Shown here piece after piece: positions 60,501 to 64,000 of a stretch of 64,000 nucleotides of DNA. Source of the DNA: Callorhinchus milii (Eukaryota); contig NW_024704742.1 in NCBI RefSeq assembly GCF_018977255.1, positions 138,386,001 to 138,450,000 of the forward strand, in the 5' to 3' direction. Made by a program: the position numbers and the translations under genes. The notes under the pieces were generated by a model. That model searched no databases, was not told the DNA's origin, and saw nothing but the letters and a program-made list of their open reading frames with translations. The stretch's first letter is position 1. Each line of letters begins with the position of its first letter.

Positions 60501-63423
60501 CCACCTGCTCCCTCAACCCCATCCCTACCGCCCCTCCTTACCTCCCAGCTCCATCTCTTTGCCCTACTACTCACTGACATCGTAAACCTCTCCCTGTCCT
60601 CTGGTACTGTTCCCACCCCATTAAAAACCGCCATCATCACTCCTATCCTTAAAAAACCCTCCCTGGATCATTCTCTATTCCCTAACTACCGCTCCATCTC
60701 CAACCTTCCCTTCCTCTCCTGGAACGAGTTGTTGCTTCTCAGCTTCGCTCCTTCCTCTCCCGCCACTCCCTTCTCAAACCCCTCCAATCGGGTTTCCGTG
60801 CCGCCCACAACACAGAAACAGCTCTGGTCAAAGTGACAAATGACATTCTGTCCATCTGCGACCAGGGCTCCCTCTGCCTCCTCGTCCTCCTTGACCTCTC
60901 TGCTGCTTTCGACATCGTCGACCACTCTATCTTCATCCACCGCCTCTCCTCTCACCTCAAGCTTCACGGCTCTGTCCTTGGTTGGTTCAGATCAAATCTT
61001 TCACACTGCCTGCACTTCATCTCCTCAAACGGTTTCTCCTCCAGCCCCCGCACCATCTTGTGTGGCATTCCTCAGGGATCTGTCCTTGGTTCCCTCCTCT
61101 TCAATATCTATATGTTCCCTCTTGGTGATATCATCCGCAGGCATGGGGTCAACTTCCATATGTATGCGGATGACACCCAACTCTACCTCTCTGCTTCCAC
61201 CTCCTCACCTCAGGCGCTGACAGAATCAACAACAGCAACAGTTTGGATTTATATAGCGCCCTCCACCCCGGACGGCGTCTCAGAGAGCTTCACAATAACG
61301 GATCCTGGGGCCGAGCCAGGGGGAGGGGGGAGAAGGTGACCAAAGGCGCAGTCGAAAAGAAAGGTCTTTAGCCGAGACCTGAAAGTAGGAAAAAAGGGGG
61401 CGAGGCGAAGGTCCCCTTTCTTCCTACTTCCCTTCGCCTCGCACCCTTTCTTCCTACTTTCAGGTCTCGGCTAAAAACCTTCTGGATGACCTGGATTTTA
61501 TGAATGGTAATGGAGGGGAGGCCGGCAAGGAGGGCATTTGAATAGTCCAACCGAGAGGTGACAAAGGCATGGACCAGGGTTTCGGCGGCTTTTGGGGTGA
61601 GGTATTGGCGGAGACAGGCGATGTGTTGGAGGTAGAAGAAAGCGGTGCTGGTGAGGGACTCGATGTGGGGGAGGAAGGATAATTGGGGGTTGAACCTGAC
61701 GCCTAGGTTGAGTACGGGTTCAGAGAGTTTTAGGGGCAGATCGGGTAGGTGGAAGAGGTGAGAAACTTCCATGGTTGCACACTCCACCTCACGAAGCCAG
61801 TCCGGAACCTTGGTGTCTTGTTTGACCCTCAACTATCCTTTCTACCCCACATATGCGTCATAATCTGCTCTGCCTTCCCCACCTCCGCAACATCGCCCGG
61901 CTCCCCCACTGTCTCACACCGCAGGCCCCCGAGACCCTCACACTTGCCTTCATTTCAGCCAAGCTCGACTATGCAAACTCCCTGCTTGTCGGCCCCCAAC
62001 TCCTCCCTCCACAGGCTGTAAATCATCCAGAACTCTGCAGCCTGTGTCCTCCCGCACCAGGCTCCGTGACCATATCACCCCCGACTTCACTAGTTTCCAT
62101 CACACAGAGGATACAGTTCAAGATCCTGGTCCTCACCTTCAAAACCTTCCATGGTCTTGCTCCCCTCTACCTCTGCGACTTGCTAACCCCCGACCATCCT
62201 GCCCGCTCCCTCCACTCAGCAGGCTCCGGCCTGCTTCACATCCCCTGCCTCGCTCGCCCCACTATTGGCGGGTGGGCCTTCCGCCACTCTGCCCCCACCC
62301 TCTGGAACTCCATCCCGCAGTTCTCCCTGTCTCACCCCCTCCCTCGCCACCTTCAAGACCCATCCCAAAACCCTCCTCTTCAACTGTGCTTTCGATCTCC
62401 CTGCTTCTGCCCCTGCCCTCCACCCTCCCCCACCCCTACCTCCAGCTCGGGTATATAACTTTGTCTGTCCAGCGCCTTGGGACGTCCTCCCGACGTGAAA
62501 GGCGCCTTACAAATGTGATTTTGTTGTTGTTGTTGGTGTCAGCTGCTATACTGCTCACACTGGATAACGGAATTCTTCATCATGTACCTCTCCGGTTAGC
62601 TGATAATAGTAATCCTTGCATTTGATATATACTTGCATTTCACACCCACCCGCCCCACCATTGGCAGGAGAGCCTTCAGCCACTCTGCCCCCAACCTCTG
62701 GAATTCCATCCCCCAGTCACTCCGCCTCGCCTCCTCTTTAGCCTCCTTCAAGTCCCGCCTCAAGACCCTCCTCTTCAACTATGCCATCAGCCATCCCTCT
62801 TCCCCTCCCCTCCCTTCTCCCCCGACCCCAGCTCGGGTCTAAAATACTGTACTCTGTCCAGCACCTTGGGACGTCCTCCCGACGTGAAAGATGCTATACA
62901 AATATAATCTTGTTGCTGTTGTTGATAATAGCACCTTATTATGTCTTCTAGACGTCTCAAAGTGCTTCACAGAATATACTGTAATGTGAATTGACTGTGT
63001 ACTTTGTGCGCAAAACACGTCAGCTAATTGCGCACAGCAGTGTCCTGCAAGCAGTCCCGGATTGAGTGACCAAATTATTATTTTAGTTACATTTTTTGAA
63101 GGGATTATTACCCTTCGGAAAAACGATTTGCCAGTCAACTAACAACTGGGTTCCTACTTACTGCTAGGTAAACAGGGGAGTAAGGAAATTTGCCAAACAT
63201 TTGACACTGCCTGGGAATGAAACCCAGGTCCTCTCGCTTGCGAGACGGGCGGTCTAACCACTGAGCTACCATTGACCAGCTCTGGTAACACAGTCCCTGG
63301 TAATAGGCAGAATAACACTTACAGACGTTTCTCTTGGGGAATATCGAAGGAGGCCGCCATGTTCATGAGGGTAGGTAAACAGTGCAAGTGGTGGCTGTAC
63401 GTGTACGGGAGGATTGTGTTCGC
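33489..63423 (-). CDS. RICTOR: Rapamycin-insensitive companion of mTOR (mTORC2 subunit), 5'-partial, 23 coding exons (1269 codons plus stop)
   Basis: Complement join 63323-63423,59378-59543,58402-58503,57503-57549,56534-56669,55705-55904,54835-54961,53704-53868,52954-53030,51275-51353,50683-50792,49687-49774,48894-48986,48008-48114,45581-45810,43906-44908,41721-41898,40407-40491,39617-39832,38624-38785,37992-38115,35695-35833,33489-33563. All GT-AG, in frame, no stops. Peptides closely match human RICTOR. Confidence 0.97.
33725..35586 (+). mobile_element. CR1-clade LINE ORF2 fragment (RT) in the last RICTOR intron
   Basis: [62 protein letters not shown], with multiple stops and frameshifts. 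Confidence 0.95.
35695..35833 (-). CDS. RICTOR: RICTOR exon [46 protein letters not shown]
   Basis: Peptide match and splice sites. Confidence 0.96.
36125..36975 (-). mobile_element. CR1 LINE fragment
   Basis: The reverse strand encodes degenerate SGVPxGxVLGP / FADDT-like motifs. Confidence 0.85.
37992..38115 (-). CDS. RICTOR: RICTOR exon [41 protein letters not shown]
   Basis: Peptide match and splice sites. Confidence 0.95.
38140..38600 (+). repeat. Second array of the same about 71-bp minisatellite x about 6
   Basis: Same unit as 27632-28352. It fills most of RICTOR intron 38116-38623. Confidence 0.95.
38624..38785 (-). CDS. RICTOR: RICTOR exon [10 protein letters not shown]...[15 protein letters not shown]
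   Basis: DIPYSD and SGISGCSD match human. Confidence 0.93.
39617..39832 (-). CDS. RICTOR: RICTOR exon ...[23 protein letters not shown]
   Basis: EDTGLQEH...CLYC zinc-binding motif. Confidence 0.93.
40242..40310 (-). CDS. RICTOR: Candidate RICTOR cassette exon (69 nt, phase 1-1) [23 protein letters not shown]
   Basis: ccag acceptor, weak T|GTGAAT donor, frame-preserving, non-repetitive. Confidence 0.45.
40407..40491 (-). CDS. RICTOR: RICTOR exon [28 protein letters not shown]
   Basis: Resembles human VKDIPYFQTKNIPPHDD, phase 0 to 1. Confidence 0.9.
40612..40980 (-). mobile_element. tRNA-derived SINE. Further - copies in RICTOR introns at about 41928-42110, 44930-45325, 48308-48704, 49062-49440, 50882-51225, 52418-52780, 55185-55390, 55929-56290, 57746-58120, 58590-58910, 62925-63268
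   Basis: Reverse complement of the same consensus. Confidence 0.9.
41721..41898 (-). CDS. RICTOR: RICTOR exon [21 protein letters not shown]...[17 protein letters not shown]
   Basis: Peptide match and splice sites. Confidence 0.95.
43906..44908 (-). CDS. RICTOR: RICTOR large exon (phosphorylation-rich region) [12 protein letters not shown]...SRLTPR
   Basis: 1003-nt open exon containing [29 protein letters not shown] and [18 protein letters not shown]. Confidence 0.97.
45581..45810 (-). CDS. RICTOR: RICTOR exon [20 protein letters not shown]...SRHNSESE
   Basis: Peptide match and splice sites. Confidence 0.95.
48008..48114 (-). CDS. RICTOR: RICTOR exon [21 protein letters not shown]...CEILSVR
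   Basis: Peptide match and splice sites. Confidence 0.95.
48894..48986 (-). CDS. RICTOR: RICTOR exon [31 protein letters not shown]
   Basis: LKAxLWAL motif and splice sites. Confidence 0.93.
49687..49774 (-). CDS. RICTOR: RICTOR exon [29 protein letters not shown]
   Basis: Peptide match and splice sites. Confidence 0.95.
50683..50792 (-). CDS. RICTOR: RICTOR exon [24 protein letters not shown]...YVRRSNQ
   Basis: Peptide match and splice sites. Confidence 0.95.
51275..51353 (-). CDS. RICTOR: RICTOR exon [26 protein letters not shown]
   Basis: Peptide match and splice sites. Confidence 0.95.
52954..53030 (-). CDS. RICTOR: RICTOR exon [25 protein letters not shown]
   Basis: Peptide match and splice sites. 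Confidence 0.95.
53704..53868 (-). CDS. RICTOR: RICTOR exon [21 protein letters not shown]...ILDEACEDK
   Basis: Peptide match and splice sites. Confidence 0.95.
54070..54570 (-). mobile_element. Unclassified interspersed repeat. Other copies at about 5990-6400 (+) and 21625-22045 (+)
   Basis: Shared blocks gtattccagggc..., ctccagcagttaccccaacacactctgggctcccccaagccttggct...ccaacctgcgcctaatact...gcgcattccat. Confidence 0.75.
54835..54961 (-). CDS. RICTOR: RICTOR exon [35 protein letters not shown]...ATD
   Basis: Peptide match and splice sites. Confidence 0.95.
55705..55904 (-). CDS. RICTOR: RICTOR exon [17 protein letters not shown]...[15 protein letters not shown]
   Basis: Peptide match and splice sites. 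Confidence 0.95.
56534..56669 (-). CDS. RICTOR: RICTOR exon [18 protein letters not shown]...EFLLESDE
   Basis: Peptide match and splice sites. Confidence 0.95.
57503..57549 (-). CDS. RICTOR: RICTOR exon [15 protein letters not shown]
   Basis: Peptide match and splice sites. Confidence 0.95.
58402..58503 (-). CDS. RICTOR: RICTOR exon [16 protein letters not shown]...[11 protein letters not shown]
   Basis: Peptide match and splice sites. Confidence 0.95.
59378..59543 (-). CDS. RICTOR: RICTOR exon [25 protein letters not shown]...DIFILK
   Basis: Peptide match and splice phases. Confidence 0.95.
60060..62535 (+). mobile_element. L2-clade LINE with RT domain, degenerate, interrupted by a nested inverted L2 (about 61228-61765)
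   Basis: [22 protein letters not shown] and [11 protein letters not shown] motifs, frameshifted, with 3' tail at about 62470-62535. Confidence 0.93.
63323..63423 (-). CDS. RICTOR: RICTOR exon [33 protein letters not shown]
   Basis: Near identity to human [29 protein letters not shown], with AG/GTAAGT. Confidence 0.95.
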
Positions 63424-64000
63424 CTGCAAAACAGGAAGTGGACAGAGTTAGTCTAAAGATCCTTAAACTCCTTATGCTGCAGACCAGGGCTAGACGGTGC
63501 AATGCCACCCAGTTACCTTGCCACTGTGTACACAGCTCCACAATGCTACCCAGCTCAGTGCAGTTATTCCTTGGCTCTCTGTACATAGCTCTACAATGTC
63601 ATCCAGTTACAGCCTGGCATTGTGTACAGTGCCAGGGCATAACCTCACTAAGCTTCGTGAGCCAATCACCCCCATCCTAACCCGCCTTCACTGGCTCCCC
63701 ACTGCCCAGAGGATCAACTTCAAGATCCTCGTCCTCATCTTCAAAGCCCTCCACAGTATTGCTCCTCCCTACCTCTGCAATCGATTAAAAGTTCACTAAC
63801 CTGTCCACTGTCTTCACCCTGCTCTGCATTCCCCACGCTGCCTGTTCCACTATCGGTGCTTGGACCTTCAGCCTTTCTGCCCCCTCCCTCTGGAACTCTA
63901 CCCCGGAGTCCCTCCGGCTCACTTCCTTCCTCACCTCCTATTCCACTGGGCCTTCGATCACCTTCCCTCCTCCACTTCCCTGCCCTTCATCCCTCTCCAA

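Overview
Vertebrate genomic DNA, most likely a cartilaginous fish and probably a chimaera (inferred from the repeat content: tRNA/Deu-type SINE, L2, CR1 and Penelope remnants). Two multi-exon genes lie tail-to-tail. (1) On +, a complete gp130-family long-chain cytokine receptor has 19 coding exons (ATG 3023 to TGA 25065, about 1080 aa once two 1-nt deletions are corrected). It sits in the syntenic position of OSMR (convergent with RICTOR) but keeps the full LIFR-type architecture, including D1 and a LIFR-like tail. (2) On -, the 3' three-quarters of RICTOR has 23 coding exons plus one candidate cassette exon (63423 to stop 33489), and the 5' part lies beyond the window. Exons were read by hand from splice sites, phase continuity and remembered human protein sequences. 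Most ORF-track entries are repeat or microsatellite artefacts. Main points of interest: the LIFR/OSMR mosaic, two frameshifts in adjacent exons, a stop+AATAAA in the intron that yields soluble OSMR in human, a TE-containing uORF overlapping the start codon, a hammerhead-ribozyme-like motif, SINE strand bias and tail swap, CR1-seeded minisatellites, and fold-back palindromes.
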